A DNA stretch of 64,000 bases, taken from a bacterium (GTDB lineage Bacteria; Oederibacteriota; PGYV01). Numbering within the stretch: position 1 is the stretch's first letter; each line of letters starts with the position of its first letter. The translations under genes and the position numbers were made by a program. The notes beneath the pieces are model-generated. The model saw only the letters and a program-made list of their open reading frames with translations. It was not told the DNA's origin and made no database searches. Below are positions 18,286-28,030 of this stretch, one piece after another. The stretch is from contig JAKQNO010000123.1 in the NCBI GenBank assembly GCA_029565735.1, positions 2,474 through 66,473 of the forward strand, in the 5' to 3' direction.

Positions 18286-18352
18286 TAGATAATTTTTTAT
18301 CAATATAAATATATCTATTTAAGTCTATTCTGTCAAGTGCTTTTTTTCACAA
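18286..18352 (-). promoter_or_regulatory. rex-hyd promoter with two Rex-like 18-bp operators
   Basis: TTGACA(18336-18331)-17 nt-TATATT; operators TTGATAA-AAAA-TTATCTA (18303-18286) and TTGTGAA-AAAA-AGCACTT (18352-18335). Confidence 0.7.
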
Positions 18353-18517
18353 TGATTAGAATAAGTGTTAGATATTATTGTTTTTATGGGATTTATATAA
18401 GATTTTCAATTGCCGGTTTTTTCGTTTTGTTTATATAAAATCAGATGGTTTGTATGTATTTAATCCCCTGCCCCACACGCAACGCGTGTAAGGTTCTATA
18501 CCGGTGACGGATTTACA

Positions 18518-18709
18518 TCACCGTTTTTGCTTTAAATACGCTTCCACTGACCTGTCGTATGTTTTTTCGGCTTCTTTTGAAAAATAACACGCGGGAAGCT
18601 CCCTCATTTTTCTGTGATAATGCAGACATTCGCAGCATTTCCCTTTTCTTTCACAGGGGTAGGTGCAGCTGCACATCTTCAGGTTTTTTTCAAAATTATC
18701 ACAGGCCAT
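18518..18709 (-). CDS. Small Cys-rich protein (DUF6485-like)
   Basis: SD GGAGG then MACD...CSCTYPCERKGKCCECLHYH...LPACYF. Confidence 0.75.
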   Translation of the reverse strand: MACDNFEKNLKMCSCTYPCERKGKCCECLHYHRKMRELPACYFSKEAEKTYDRSVEAYLKQKR

Positions 18710-18793
18710 TAAAACCTCCTGAACGAGGCATAACATGTTAAGCCTCTACAATTAAAAATTAAATTGCGCTGATAAATCCAAAACATTTAACTG

Positions 18794-18817
18794 CCGCACC
18801 TTAAAAGGTGCGCCTAC
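18794..18817 (-). repeat. GTAG-footed REP-like palindrome (family A variant)
   Basis: aggtttg GTAG GCGCACC TTTTAA GGTGCGG, just after the rng stop. Confidence 0.72.
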
Positions 18818-18835
18818 CAAACCTGTCCCCTGTTA

Positions 18836-20290
18836 TTATCCTTCAGCTTTCAGTATTATATTCTTCTTGTACTTAATCTCATACTCATGAAGTTTTTCTA
18901 TGTAATCAGACTGAAGTTTTTCCTTTATCTTTTCCGGCACTACCACGGCAACGTTTTCTTCCAGCATTTTTTTGCATTCGTACTTGATCTTCTTCATGTA
19001 TTTAATGCAGATATTTTCATCGGTAAGTATCCTTCCGTGGCCATTGCACTTTGGGCACTCTTCAAAATAAATATCTTCCACCCTGCGGCTGTCGCGCTTT
19101 CTTGTAAGCTCCATCAGTCCAAATTCGCTTATATTGCCCACTTTGTGGTACATCTTGCTTTTAGCAAGCTCCTGTTCCATTACTTCTTTAACTTTTTTCC
19201 TGTTCTCTTCGGACTGCATATCAATAAAATCAATGACAATCAGGCCGCCTAAGTTGCGCAGAATTATCTGCCTTGCTATCTCCCTTGCGGCGTGCAGGTT
19301 TACCGCAAGCAGGCTGCTTTCCACATCTTCCGCCCCTTTAAACTTGCCGCTGTTGATGTCAAAAACAGTAAGCGCTTCCGTAAGGTCTATTTTTATGTAT
19401 CCGCCCTTTTTAAAAGAGACTATATTGCTGAAAATTCCGTCCACCTGTCCCTGAAGGCCGTAGTATTCAAACAGCGGGTCATTTCCTTCATAAAGGTTTA
19501 AGTCAACCGTCCTGTTATACGCGGTTTTAAGATATTTTTCCATCTCTTCATATATTTCCCTTGAATCGGTGATAATTGACGAAGTGTTTGAATCCAGATA
19601 TTCCCTGACTATCTTAACCGGAAGGTTCTGTTCGCAGTATACCTGCGCCGGCGCGCGCGATGAATCCGCGGTTTTTTTTGTTATTTTCCACCTCTCATGA
19701 AGCATTCTTATTTCTTCATGAAGGGCCGCGGCATCCGCGCCTTCAGCCTGCGTGCGCGCTATGATTCCATAATCCCCGGGTATATCGGCTTTTGCTTCCG
19801 CAATTATTGTTTTTAACCTGTCCCTTTCCGCGTCATCAGAAATCCTTCTGGAAACACCCGTCTGTTTTAAATACGGGCTGTATACAACGTAATAACCGGG
19901 CAGCATAAGGTTTGTGGTAAGCCTGGCGCCTTTTGTCTGGTATGGTTCTTTAATGACCTGCACCAGAATTTCCTGCCCTTTTTCAAAAATCCCGGTAATA
20001 TTGTCCTGCGGTTTTATCACGGCGGCTTCGCTTACATCATCAAGCATTCCTGATTCCATTATGTTGGAAGAGTCAAAATACTCCCTTTCAGATAAAAACG
20101 CCGGTTTTGAATCGCCTATATCCACAAAAACAAAATTCATTCCCGCCACAAGTTTTTCTATTTTTCCCTTATAGATATTTCCGGCTTTTGCATATACCTT
20201 TTTTTCTATAAAGAAATTGGAAAGTTTTCCGTCTTCCGCAATCGCGACCGACGTGTCGAAATCTTCCGAGTTTATGTATATTTTTTTCAC
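18836..20290 (-). CDS. rng: Ribonuclease G (Rne/Rng family)
   Basis: S1 domain GNIYKG...FVDIG; DINSG; RNLGGLIVIDFIDM; CPKCNG Zn link. Confidence 0.92.
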   Translation of the reverse strand: MKKIYINSEDFDTSVAIAEDGKLSNFFIEKKVYAKAGNIYKGKIEKLVAGMNFVFVDIGDSKPAFLSEREYFDSSNIMESGMLDDVSEAAVIKPQDNITGIFEKGQEILVQVIKEPYQTKGARLTTNLMLPGYYVVYSPYLKQTGVSRRISDDAERDRLKTIIAEAKADIPGDYGIIARTQAEGADAAALHEEIRMLHERWKITKKTADSSRAPAQVYCEQNLPVKIVREYLDSNTSSIITDSREIYEEMEKYLKTAYNRTVDLNLYEGNDPLFEYYGLQGQVDGIFSNIVSFKKGGYIKIDLTEALTVFDINSGKFKGAEDVESSLLAVNLHAAREIARQIILRNLGGLIVIDFIDMQSEENRKKVKEVMEQELAKSKMYHKVGNISEFGLMELTRKRDSRRVEDIYFEECPKCNGHGRILTDENICIKYMKKIKYECKKMLEENVAVVVPEKIKEKLQSDYIEKLHEYEIKYKKNIILKAEG

Positions 20291-21414
20291 TATTTTTCCG
20301 CCTTTATGTATTCCCTGTATATGTTCTGCAGTATACCCAGGGCAATCATTGTCACAACAACCGATGTCCCGCCGTAACTTAAAAGCGGCAGCGTTATTCC
20401 GGCAACCGGCATTATTCCCATATTCATACCGACATTAACAAAAAACTGCGCGAATATCATTGTAACAAGCGCGCCGCCAAGCATTTTCCCGCCTGAAAAC
20501 CTGCACAATTTTATAATTTTAAGGGCTTCCATAATTAAAAACAGGTATATTCCAATTATTATCATCCCGCCCCATAACCCGAACTCTTCGGCAAGCACGG
20601 CATAAATAAAATCCGTGTGTTTAATAGGGATAAAATTAAGCTGGCTTTGGGTCCCTTTTTCCCAGCCTTTTCCCGATACCTGCCCGGAACCAACGGCAAT
20701 CTGGGACTGAATGACATTGTACCCGGACCCCAAAGGGTCAAGGTGCGGATTTATAAAAGTATGCAGCCTTTGTTTCTGATAATCATGCATAGTGTAATAA
20801 GCAACAGGAAGCAAAAGCACCCCTATTATCAGAATTACAGAGAGTTTTTTTACCGGTATATTTCCCAGAAACAATATCGCAAGCGTCATGGGAATAAGCA
20901 GAAGAGAGCTTCCCAGGTCAGGCTGTTTTAATATAAGAAAAAAAGGAACAAGCACTATTAAGAATACCAAAGCAAGATTTTTAAGCGAAAAAGCGTCTTT
21001 TCCTTTTATAACCAGAAACCTGACAACCGTGGCAGCCACAACAATTTTCATGAACTCGCTGGGCTGGAACCCGTATCCTCCCAGTTTAAGCCATCTTTGC
21101 GCGCCAAGCGATGTATGGCCGGCGATAAGCACAAGAAGCAGAAGAAATATAAATATTACAAAGAGATAGTTTGCCGCGGCTATGACAAGATTATAATTTA
21201 CATTCGCAAGGATTATCATCAGGATAAAACCAATGCCGTACCAGGCCGCCTGTTTCGTAAAAAAAATCTTGGACGTGTCGGGTTCTGCGCTGTAAATGCC
21301 AAGCAGTCCTATTGTCATCAACAGTATCGTGGCGCCCAGGATTACCGGGTTCATATTCTTTGTATACTGGCGCATCTGTTCCGCAAACTTAAAAATTCCC
21401 CTGAATTGTGCCAT
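20290..21414 (-). CDS. rodA: Rod shape-determining SEDS protein RodA
   Basis: GAQRW, QPSEFMK, QPDLG, HTDFI, LPLLSYGG. Confidence 0.95.
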   Translation of the reverse strand: MAQFRGIFKFAEQMRQYTKNMNPVILGATILLMTIGLLGIYSAEPDTSKIFFTKQAAWYGIGFILMIILANVNYNLVIAAANYLFVIFIFLLLLVLIAGHTSLGAQRWLKLGGYGFQPSEFMKIVVAATVVRFLVIKGKDAFSLKNLALVFLIVLVPFFLILKQPDLGSSLLLIPMTLAILFLGNIPVKKLSVILIIGVLLLPVAYYTMHDYQKQRLHTFINPHLDPLGSGYNVIQSQIAVGSGQVSGKGWEKGTQSQLNFIPIKHTDFIYAVLAEEFGLWGGMIIIGIYLFLIMEALKIIKLCRFSGGKMLGGALVTMIFAQFFVNVGMNMGIMPVAGITLPLLSYGGTSVVVTMIALGILQNIYREYIKAEK

Positions 21415-23220
21415 CTACAACTCCTTTAAGGTCGTAAAATAAAAATTAAGCAGTTCTCCCGCTATAGGCGCCGCCGCTTCGCCGCCGCCGCCGCCGTGTT
21501 CCAGCATTACAAAAACAACAATTTCAGGATTATTAAACGGCGCGTAGCACGCGAACATGGCGTGGTTATCCCCGTGGACGTTCTGAACAGTGCCGGTTTT
21601 GCCCGCCACTTCAATTCCCCTTACCTGCGCGGCCTTGCCGGTTCCCGCCCAGTTTGACACAACACGTTTAAGCGCGTCCTGCATTATCTTAATATTTTCC
21701 TTTTTAACATCCAGTTCAAACAGTTTTTTCGGCTCCGGATTCATGAAAACCCGCCTGTTATCCATCGTCACGGCTTTTAACAGCCTTGGCTGCATCGCGT
21801 AACCGCCGTTTGCCATGGCCGCCATAATATTCAGTATTTGAATGGGAGTGCTTGTTATATATCCCTGCCCGATGGCCATCATAACCGTATTCCCGGGAAA
21901 CCACGGAGTTCTTGATATCCTTCTTTTCCATTCCCTTGTGGGTACAAGGCCTGTTTTTTCTCCCGGAAGATCTATCCCTGTTTTCTGGCCAAGCCCGAAC
22001 ATTACGGAGTATTTATAAAGCAATTCAACCGTCATTTTAAGGGATACTTTATAAAAATAAACGTCGCATGACTGTTCTATAGCCTTGTAAAAACTTACCC
22101 ATCCGTGCCCCGTCCTTTTCCAGCATTTATACGGCCAGGTTTTAATCCAGTATATGCCTTCGCAGAAAAACGCGTCGTCTGTTTTTACTATATTCTCATT
22201 TAAGGCTCCGGAACCGGTCACAATTTTGTAAATTGATCCCGGCGAATAAAGCCCCTGAACAGCCCGGTTATTAAGCGGGTTTGCTTTATCCCTTAATATT
22301 TTCTTCCAGTATTTTATGTCTATGCCGCCGCTGAAATAATTAAGGTCATAGTCCGGTTTTGAAGCCATGCAAAGAATATCGCCGGTTTTAGGCTCCATCG
22401 CTATTATGACGCCGTTCTGATCTGCATTTTTGAGCTGCTGCTCCGCAAACTTCTGCAGCCTGAAATCAATCGTAAGCACAAGGTTTTTGCCCTGCTGTGA
22501 TTCCACTTTTTCCGCGATTCTTTTCTGCCTTCCCATGGCATCGGTGACTATATATACAAGTCCGTCTTTTCCCCGCAGATGTTTATCGTAATAATTTTCT
22601 ATCCCTGTCTGCCCAATTATGTCGCCCATCCTGTAATCTTTATACTTTGTGTTTTTCATCTGGTTCTGGGTAATTTCCCCTGTATAGCCGATTACATGCG
22701 ACGCAAGGCTGCCGAAAGGATACTGCCTTTGAGGATCCTGCAGAATGGTAATTCCGTTTATTTCCACGGTTTTCTCGGTCAATTCGGAAAGCTGTTTTAA
22801 ATTCAGCGCCCTTTTAAGAATTATCGGTTCAAAGACATGCACCCCGCTGGCTGCAAGCTTTTCTTTAATTTCAGAAACATCCAGCCCAAGCACACCGGCA
22901 ACTTCCTGTAAATTTTTTTCAAGTTTGCTGTTTGTGTTAAAATAAAACGGAATGATGCCCGCGGAATAAGCCGGCGAATTTGTCACCATCGCCCTGTAAT
23001 TTCTGTCGTAAATATATCCCCTTGGCGCGGTTTCCCTGACAAAGGTAATGCTGTTGGATTCCGCAAGGCCTGAATAATAATTACCTTTTATTACCTGAAG
23101 GTAAAAAAGCCGGCTCGCCAGGACTATAACCGCTATTCCCGCGATCCAGCCGTAGAATTTAACCCTTAAGAAATTCCGGTATACGCCCTTTATATTTTCG
23201 CGGATGTCGTCTTTAACCAT
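21415..23220 (-). CDS. mrdA: Penicillin-binding protein 2
   Basis: APRGYIYDRN; SxxK (GSIYK), SCD and KTGT motifs. Confidence 0.95.
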   Translation of the reverse strand: MVKDDIRENIKGVYRNFLRVKFYGWIAGIAVIVLASRLFYLQVIKGNYYSGLAESNSITFVRETAPRGYIYDRNYRAMVTNSPAYSAGIIPFYFNTNSKLEKNLQEVAGVLGLDVSEIKEKLAASGVHVFEPIILKRALNLKQLSELTEKTVEINGITILQDPQRQYPFGSLASHVIGYTGEITQNQMKNTKYKDYRMGDIIGQTGIENYYDKHLRGKDGLVYIVTDAMGRQKRIAEKVESQQGKNLVLTIDFRLQKFAEQQLKNADQNGVIIAMEPKTGDILCMASKPDYDLNYFSGGIDIKYWKKILRDKANPLNNRAVQGLYSPGSIYKIVTGSGALNENIVKTDDAFFCEGIYWIKTWPYKCWKRTGHGWVSFYKAIEQSCDVYFYKVSLKMTVELLYKYSVMFGLGQKTGIDLPGEKTGLVPTREWKRRISRTPWFPGNTVMMAIGQGYITSTPIQILNIMAAMANGGYAMQPRLLKAVTMDNRRVFMNPEPKKLFELDVKKENIKIMQDALKRVVSNWAGTGKAAQVRGIEVAGKTGTVQNVHGDNHAMFACYAPFNNPEIVVFVMLEHGGGGGEAAAPIAGELLNFYFTTLKEL

Positions 23221-23696
23221 CTTGATCCTTCCCCGTTATAAATTTCCGCCATCTTAAGGGCAAACACGCCGGTAATCGCCGTGGCAAAAAAAGGCCTGAC
23301 GGCTGAAAACGGAAAAGCCTGCGAACCTATCCCCCAGTAGAAAAATGAAGCCGAAAGCCACTGCAAAGAAACCGCCGCAGCGGCGCCGCAGGTAATTATG
23401 ACAGCACGCGCTATAAAATTTTCTTTGTAAAAATTGGCATATATGAACTTAAAAACAAAATAAGTAAGTATTCCCGCGCATAACCCGCCGCCAAAATGCG
23501 GAAGCGTCAGCGCGTCCATGTATAAATACATAATAACCGCGGCCAGCGCGGCGGTTTTATCTTTTTTAAACATAACAAGAATGCTTATCGTTATATAGGC
23601 GGCATCAACTCCGTGAAGCAGGCTTCCCGGAATAAAACTGTAAATATGAAAGGCAGCCGCTAAAACAACCAGCCAGATAATGCCTGAATTTTTGAT
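23190..23696 (-). CDS. mreD: MreD-like membrane protein (probable ATC start)
   Basis: Lies between mreC and mrdA; hydrophobic frame stays open 41 codons upstream of the ATG at 23573; SD AAGGAG is 7 nt before ATC. Confidence 0.75.
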   Translation of the reverse strand: MKNSGIIWLVVLAAAFHIYSFIPGSLLHGVDAAYITISILVMFKKDKTAALAAVIMYLYMDALTLPHFGGGLCAGILTYFVFKFIYANFYKENFIARAVIITCGAAAAVSLQWLSASFFYWGIGSQAFPFSAVRPFFATAITGVFALKMAEIYNGEGSRWLKTTSAKI

Positions 23697-23708
23697 ATTT
23701 ATGCTCCT

Positions 23709-24503
23709 TTATTTTTTACGGACTACAAGCACTTCCCTGACAGTGTTGGTATTTACATAGGGTTTAACCCGGATTACCAGAGAAAGGTTGCTGCTTTTTT
23801 TATCAACAGCTGTCACTTCGCCTATTTTTATCCCCGCCGGAAAAGAAGATCCAAGCTCCGACGTAAGGATAACATCGCCAAGCTGAACGTCTTCTTCCTT
23901 TGGAACGTATTTTAATTCGCACATATTATTCCCGGCGCCGATCAGTATGCCGGCCACACCGCTGCGTTCAACCCTTGCGCTTATGCTGCTTTTTACGTCG
24001 GTTAACAGCTGTACCATGCATGTGGAATCGCCCGCGCTTGAAACCCTTCCAAGTACTCCGCCCGGTGCAAATACCCCGTCGCCTTCTTCAACACCGTCTT
24101 TAACGCCCCTGTCAAGCGCGTAAAACTGAATGAATCCGCTGCCTGTGCTTATCGCGTTTGCAGCGGTCCTTACGCGTTTTCCGTAAGACTCATTTTCCTT
24201 TAAGAATTTAATCCTGTTCATGCTTGCAAGTTCCGCGCGAAGCGACTGGTTTTCCATATCAAGGGCCATATTTTTTTGCGTTAAATAACGCATGCCATGA
24301 TTTGAAGTGAACAGATTTTTAACGGCTGTAAGTGTATCAGAAAAGGAAAAAAAAGCGTTTCCTGTTTTTTCCTGGACAGCATGAACTGTCCGGCCTACAG
24401 GGCCGGGCGCGCTTTTTTTCCACGCAAACAGCCCGGCTGTTATGGCTGTTATGATAATTACCGAATAGAACAGCTTTTCAGAAAGTTTTACCCTTCGTTT
24501 CAT
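23709..24503 (-). CDS. mreC: Rod shape-determining protein MreC
   Basis: TM helix and coiled coil; LDRGVKDGV, GVLGRV, VQLLTD, GDVILTS, FPAGIKIG. Confidence 0.92.
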   Translation of the reverse strand: MKRRVKLSEKLFYSVIIITAITAGLFAWKKSAPGPVGRTVHAVQEKTGNAFFSFSDTLTAVKNLFTSNHGMRYLTQKNMALDMENQSLRAELASMNRIKFLKENESYGKRVRTAANAISTGSGFIQFYALDRGVKDGVEEGDGVFAPGGVLGRVSSAGDSTCMVQLLTDVKSSISARVERSGVAGILIGAGNNMCELKYVPKEEDVQLGDVILTSELGSSFPAGIKIGEVTAVDKKSSNLSLVIRVKPYVNTNTVREVLVVRKK

Positions 24504-24512
24504 CTTGCCTTT

Positions 24513-25562
24513 TTAGGAAGCAATGTGCGTTTCTTCGCCTTCAAAAGAGAGCCTTCTTAAGACGTCAAGCTGCTCTTCAAGCATCTTGCCGGCGCCTTTA
24601 ACGACGCATTCCTGCGGGGATTCTCCGATATGCACGGGCACTCCGGTTTCCTCCCTTAACTTCTTGTCGAAATTCCTAAGCTGCGCTCCGCCGCCTGTCA
24701 GCACAATGCCCTTGTCAATGATGTCAGCAGCAAGTTCCGGTTTGGTCTGTTCAAGAGTAAACTTGATGCCGTCAATTATTTTGGTTATCGGTTCTTCTAT
24801 GGCAATAGCCATTTCGTCCGAATTTATTCTTATTGTCCTTGGAAGCCCTGTGGTTAAGTCGCTTCCTTTTACATCCATTTCATCGGCCTTATCCAGTTTC
24901 ATCGCGCAACCAATCTGTATCTTAATTTTTTCCGCGGTGCGTTCTCCAATCTGAATGTTATATGCCTTTTTAAGGTATGCTGCAATTGCATCGTCAAATT
25001 TATCGCCGGCTGTCCTGATTGAATTAAAAACTACCAGTCCGCCCATGGATATAACCGCCACTTCAGTCGTTCCGCCGCCGATATCAACAACCATGTGGCC
25101 TACCGGATCTTCAACAGGAAGCCCCGCGCCTATCGCGGCTGCCATTGGTTCATCAATAAGATAAACTTCCCTTGCGCCCGCCTGTATGGCGGATTCGCGC
25201 ACAGCGCGCCTTTCAACGGGGGTAACGCCCTTGGGAACTGAAATCGCAATCCTTGGACTTACAAGCGAATGCCTGTTATGAACCTTTACGATAAAATACC
25301 TTAACATTTTTTCCGTTACATTAAAGTCTGCAATTACGCCGTCTTTCATAGGCCTTATAGCCTGCACATCGCCGGGTGTCTTGCCCACCATTTCTTTTGC
25401 CGCGTTTCCGACCGCGATTACTTCACGGCCTTTATAAAGCGCAACAATTGAAGGTTCTTTTAATACAATTCCTTTGCCTTTAAGATATACAAGCGTCGTG
25501 GCCGTTCCAAGGTCAATGGCCATGTCGTTTGAAAACATTCCAAGAAAATAATCCAATATCAT
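24513..25562 (-). CDS. mreB: Actin-like MreB
   Basis: [32 protein letters not shown]. Confidence 0.97.
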   Translation of the reverse strand: MILDYFLGMFSNDMAIDLGTATTLVYLKGKGIVLKEPSIVALYKGREVIAVGNAAKEMVGKTPGDVQAIRPMKDGVIADFNVTEKMLRYFIVKVHNRHSLVSPRIAISVPKGVTPVERRAVRESAIQAGAREVYLIDEPMAAAIGAGLPVEDPVGHMVVDIGGGTTEVAVISMGGLVVFNSIRTAGDKFDDAIAAYLKKAYNIQIGERTAEKIKIQIGCAMKLDKADEMDVKGSDLTTGLPRTIRINSDEMAIAIEEPITKIIDGIKFTLEQTKPELAADIIDKGIVLTGGGAQLRNFDKKLREETGVPVHIGESPQECVVKGAGKMLEEQLDVLRRLSFEGEETHIAS

Positions 25563-25829
25563 TTATTTTTTCCCCTTTCCCTTTACAACTTTCTTAGGCG
25601 CTGCCTTTTTAGCTGTTTTGGGTGCTGATTTTGCGGCCTTTTTTGCCGGTTTTTTCACTTCTGTCTTCTTTATATCCGCTTTTGCCGAAGGCGCAGGCGC
25701 GGAAGCAGAATCGCCTTTTTTATTCATGAACTTTTCAAAATCAAACCCGCCCCATTCTATCATTCCCTGAAGGACTACAAGCCCTATTAATAACAATAAA
25801 AGCAATACCCCTAAAATTACTCCAACCAT
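25563..25829 (-). CDS. Small single-TM protein with Lys/Ala/Pro-rich tail
   Basis: SD GGAGGT; hydrophobic N-terminus; KKPAKKAAK tail; TAA abuts the mreB ATG. Confidence 0.75.
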   Translation of the reverse strand: MVGVILGVLLLLLLIGLVVLQGMIEWGGFDFEKFMNKKGDSASAPAPSAKADIKKTEVKKPAKKAAKSAPKTAKKAAPKKVVKGKGKK

Positions 25830-25889
25830 AAATAATACCTCCTGAAATATAATTTTTTAATTACGTGTTTTACCGTTGAAATCAGAAAA

Positions 25890-25918
25890 ATTATAACAAA
25901 ATAAGGGGGTATTGGCAA
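25890..25918 (-). promoter_or_regulatory. Promoter of the mre operon
   Basis: TTGCCA-17 nt-TATAAT with extended TG. Confidence 0.7.
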
Positions 25919-25926
25919 CCACAAAT

Positions 25927-26024
25927 AGTTACAACTGACAGGTTACAACTGACAGGTTACAATTGACAGGTTACAGGTTGCAGCTGACAACTTGCAACTT
26001 GCAACTTGTTACTTGTTACTTGTT
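25927..26024. repeat. Array of 14 in-phase heptamers
   Basis: agttaca actgaca ggttaca actgaca ggttaca attgaca ggttaca ggttgca gctgaca acttgca acttgca acttgtt acttgtt acttgtt. Confidence 0.92.
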
Positions 26025-26033
26025 ACTACCTGC

Positions 26034-28013
26034 CTAAAATGTAACATTCACTCCCGCGTTGATGGTTCTGCCGCGCATGGGGTGTTTATTGACCACCTGA
26101 TATTCCCTGTTATCCAGCACATTATCCACGTTTGCGAATATTGACGCGTTTTCGCTTATGGTGTGCCTGACAGAAAGGTCATAAATATAGTATTCTTTCA
26201 TGTATTCACCCGCATTATCCACCCTTGAATCAATATACCTTACGCCCGCGGAAAGTTTTGTGCTAAAAGGCAGTTTGAATTCCGCCTTTGCATACACGCT
26301 GTCTTCCGGGCTGTATGAAAGTTTTTTTCCTGTTTTGCCATCCCTGGCATCAAGATAGGAATATGCGCCTGTTATGGTTACAAAATCAAAAAGCGTGAAT
26401 TCCGCCTCTAATTCCGCTCCCATAATTATGGCTCGGTTCAAATTCACAGGAGAACTTCTGGTTATATACCCATCCATTTCATCAAACCACCTTATCATAT
26501 CAGTCACGTCTCTACGAAAAAGCACTATTTTTTCCGAAATGTTACCCTCTTTTTTTGTAATTCCGACTTCATATGACATTATTTTTTCAGGCTTAAGTTC
26601 CTGATTCCCCACCGTAAAACTGGTATATGTATTACCGCTGTAGTCGTCATAATAATAAAGCGTTTCATCCCAGAACAAATCCCCAAACGTGGGTTCGGAA
26701 AACGCCTGTGATACGGAAGCGAAAATATCAGTGCTGTCCGCAATTGAATACCTTGCGCCGCCGCTGAAACTTGTAACCATGCCATAAACCGAATGCACAT
26801 CTTCCCTTACCGCGGCGGTTAAAACAAGTTTTTCAAAAAGGTAAGCCGTGGCATTTGTAATCACCGCGTGATTGCCTGTTGACTTATTTCCGGTCTTTAA
26901 GCTTTTGGCGCTTTTATTTGAAAACTCATACCCGCCGTAAACATTTACGGGCCCGGCGGTATATGAAGACATTACGCTTATCTTTCCTTCATTTTTTATG
27001 TGCCTGTCATCCACAAGTATGGCGGGATTTTTAAACGCAAGGTCACCGCCCCTGTAATAACCGCTTACCACTACCTTTGTTTCGTTAAATTTAAGCGTCT
27101 CTTCCGCGCCTACGGCAAAAAGTTCATCAAACTGTTTTGCGGCAGGCGACGGCCCAAACTGGTTAAACGGAATGCCTTCCTCTCTTTTCATATAATATCC
27201 CGATAACTTTGAATCAAGCGCGTCTCCCGAAAAAGCTATCCTTGCACCTGCGGAACGCTTAAAGAAACCTGAATTTTCCATATAACCAGGGCTTTTTTCT
27301 TCGTTGCCCGTAACCGAGTATTTCACCCCTGCTATCTGATAATCGGAAGAAATTGAATACTTCTGGAAATTATCAGAACCGTAAGAAGCTGTCAGATCCG
27401 CGATTGCCATTTTCTTCTTTTCCTTTATCAGGTTCACAACACCCGCCGCGGCATCAGCGCCGTATATTGCCGACATTCCGCCCTTTATCACTTCCACCCT
27501 TCCTATACCTGACATTTCCACCAGGTTTAAATCCACCCCGCCGGTAAAAATATCATTTAACGGGATGCCTTCATAAAGCACCAGAGACTGTTTGGAAGAA
27601 GCTCCGCGCATATTAAGCGAAGACAACCCTTCATAAGAACCGTATTTAAGGACGGATAAACCCGGCAGTTCAAACAGTACATCTTCAAGTTTAACAGCTC
27701 CGGAAGCCTTGATTTTTTCTTCGGAAATTATATCCATGCTTTTTGTAACAAGGCCTTCATACTCTTCCATTTTTCTTGCGGTGACCACAATCTCGCCAAG
27801 CGAATTGTTAACCGCCGCGGGCGTTGCGGCCGCTTTTGGCTTAAAGTCATAAAGCCCGGTATTTTTACCGGAAGGCTGCACAGGAACAGCCTGTTCAGCG
27901 GCCCCGTCCTGTATCCCGTAAATGGACTGAATTGAATTGTAATCGCTTGTAAAACCGGCGGCTGACGCTGAAAATACAGCTGCCGCAAAAAAAACAAACA
28001 ATAATCTTTTCAT
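26034..28013 (-). CDS. btuB: TonB-dependent cobalamin receptor
   Basis: Signal peptide; EIVVTA TonB-box-like; plug motifs RG...GIPLN, RVEVIKG...YGADA; C-terminal Phe; in the B12 operon. Confidence 0.88.
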   Translation of the reverse strand: MKRLLFVFFAAAVFSASAAGFTSDYNSIQSIYGIQDGAAEQAVPVQPSGKNTGLYDFKPKAAATPAAVNNSLGEIVVTARKMEEYEGLVTKSMDIISEEKIKASGAVKLEDVLFELPGLSVLKYGSYEGLSSLNMRGASSKQSLVLYEGIPLNDIFTGGVDLNLVEMSGIGRVEVIKGGMSAIYGADAAAGVVNLIKEKKKMAIADLTASYGSDNFQKYSISSDYQIAGVKYSVTGNEEKSPGYMENSGFFKRSAGARIAFSGDALDSKLSGYYMKREEGIPFNQFGPSPAAKQFDELFAVGAEETLKFNETKVVVSGYYRGGDLAFKNPAILVDDRHIKNEGKISVMSSYTAGPVNVYGGYEFSNKSAKSLKTGNKSTGNHAVITNATAYLFEKLVLTAAVREDVHSVYGMVTSFSGGARYSIADSTDIFASVSQAFSEPTFGDLFWDETLYYYDDYSGNTYTSFTVGNQELKPEKIMSYEVGITKKEGNISEKIVLFRRDVTDMIRWFDEMDGYITRSSPVNLNRAIIMGAELEAEFTLFDFVTITGAYSYLDARDGKTGKKLSYSPEDSVYAKAEFKLPFSTKLSAGVRYIDSRVDNAGEYMKEYYIYDLSVRHTISENASIFANVDNVLDNREYQVVNKHPMRGRTINAGVNVTF

Positions 28014-28030
28014 GGTTCCTCCGTTTATAT

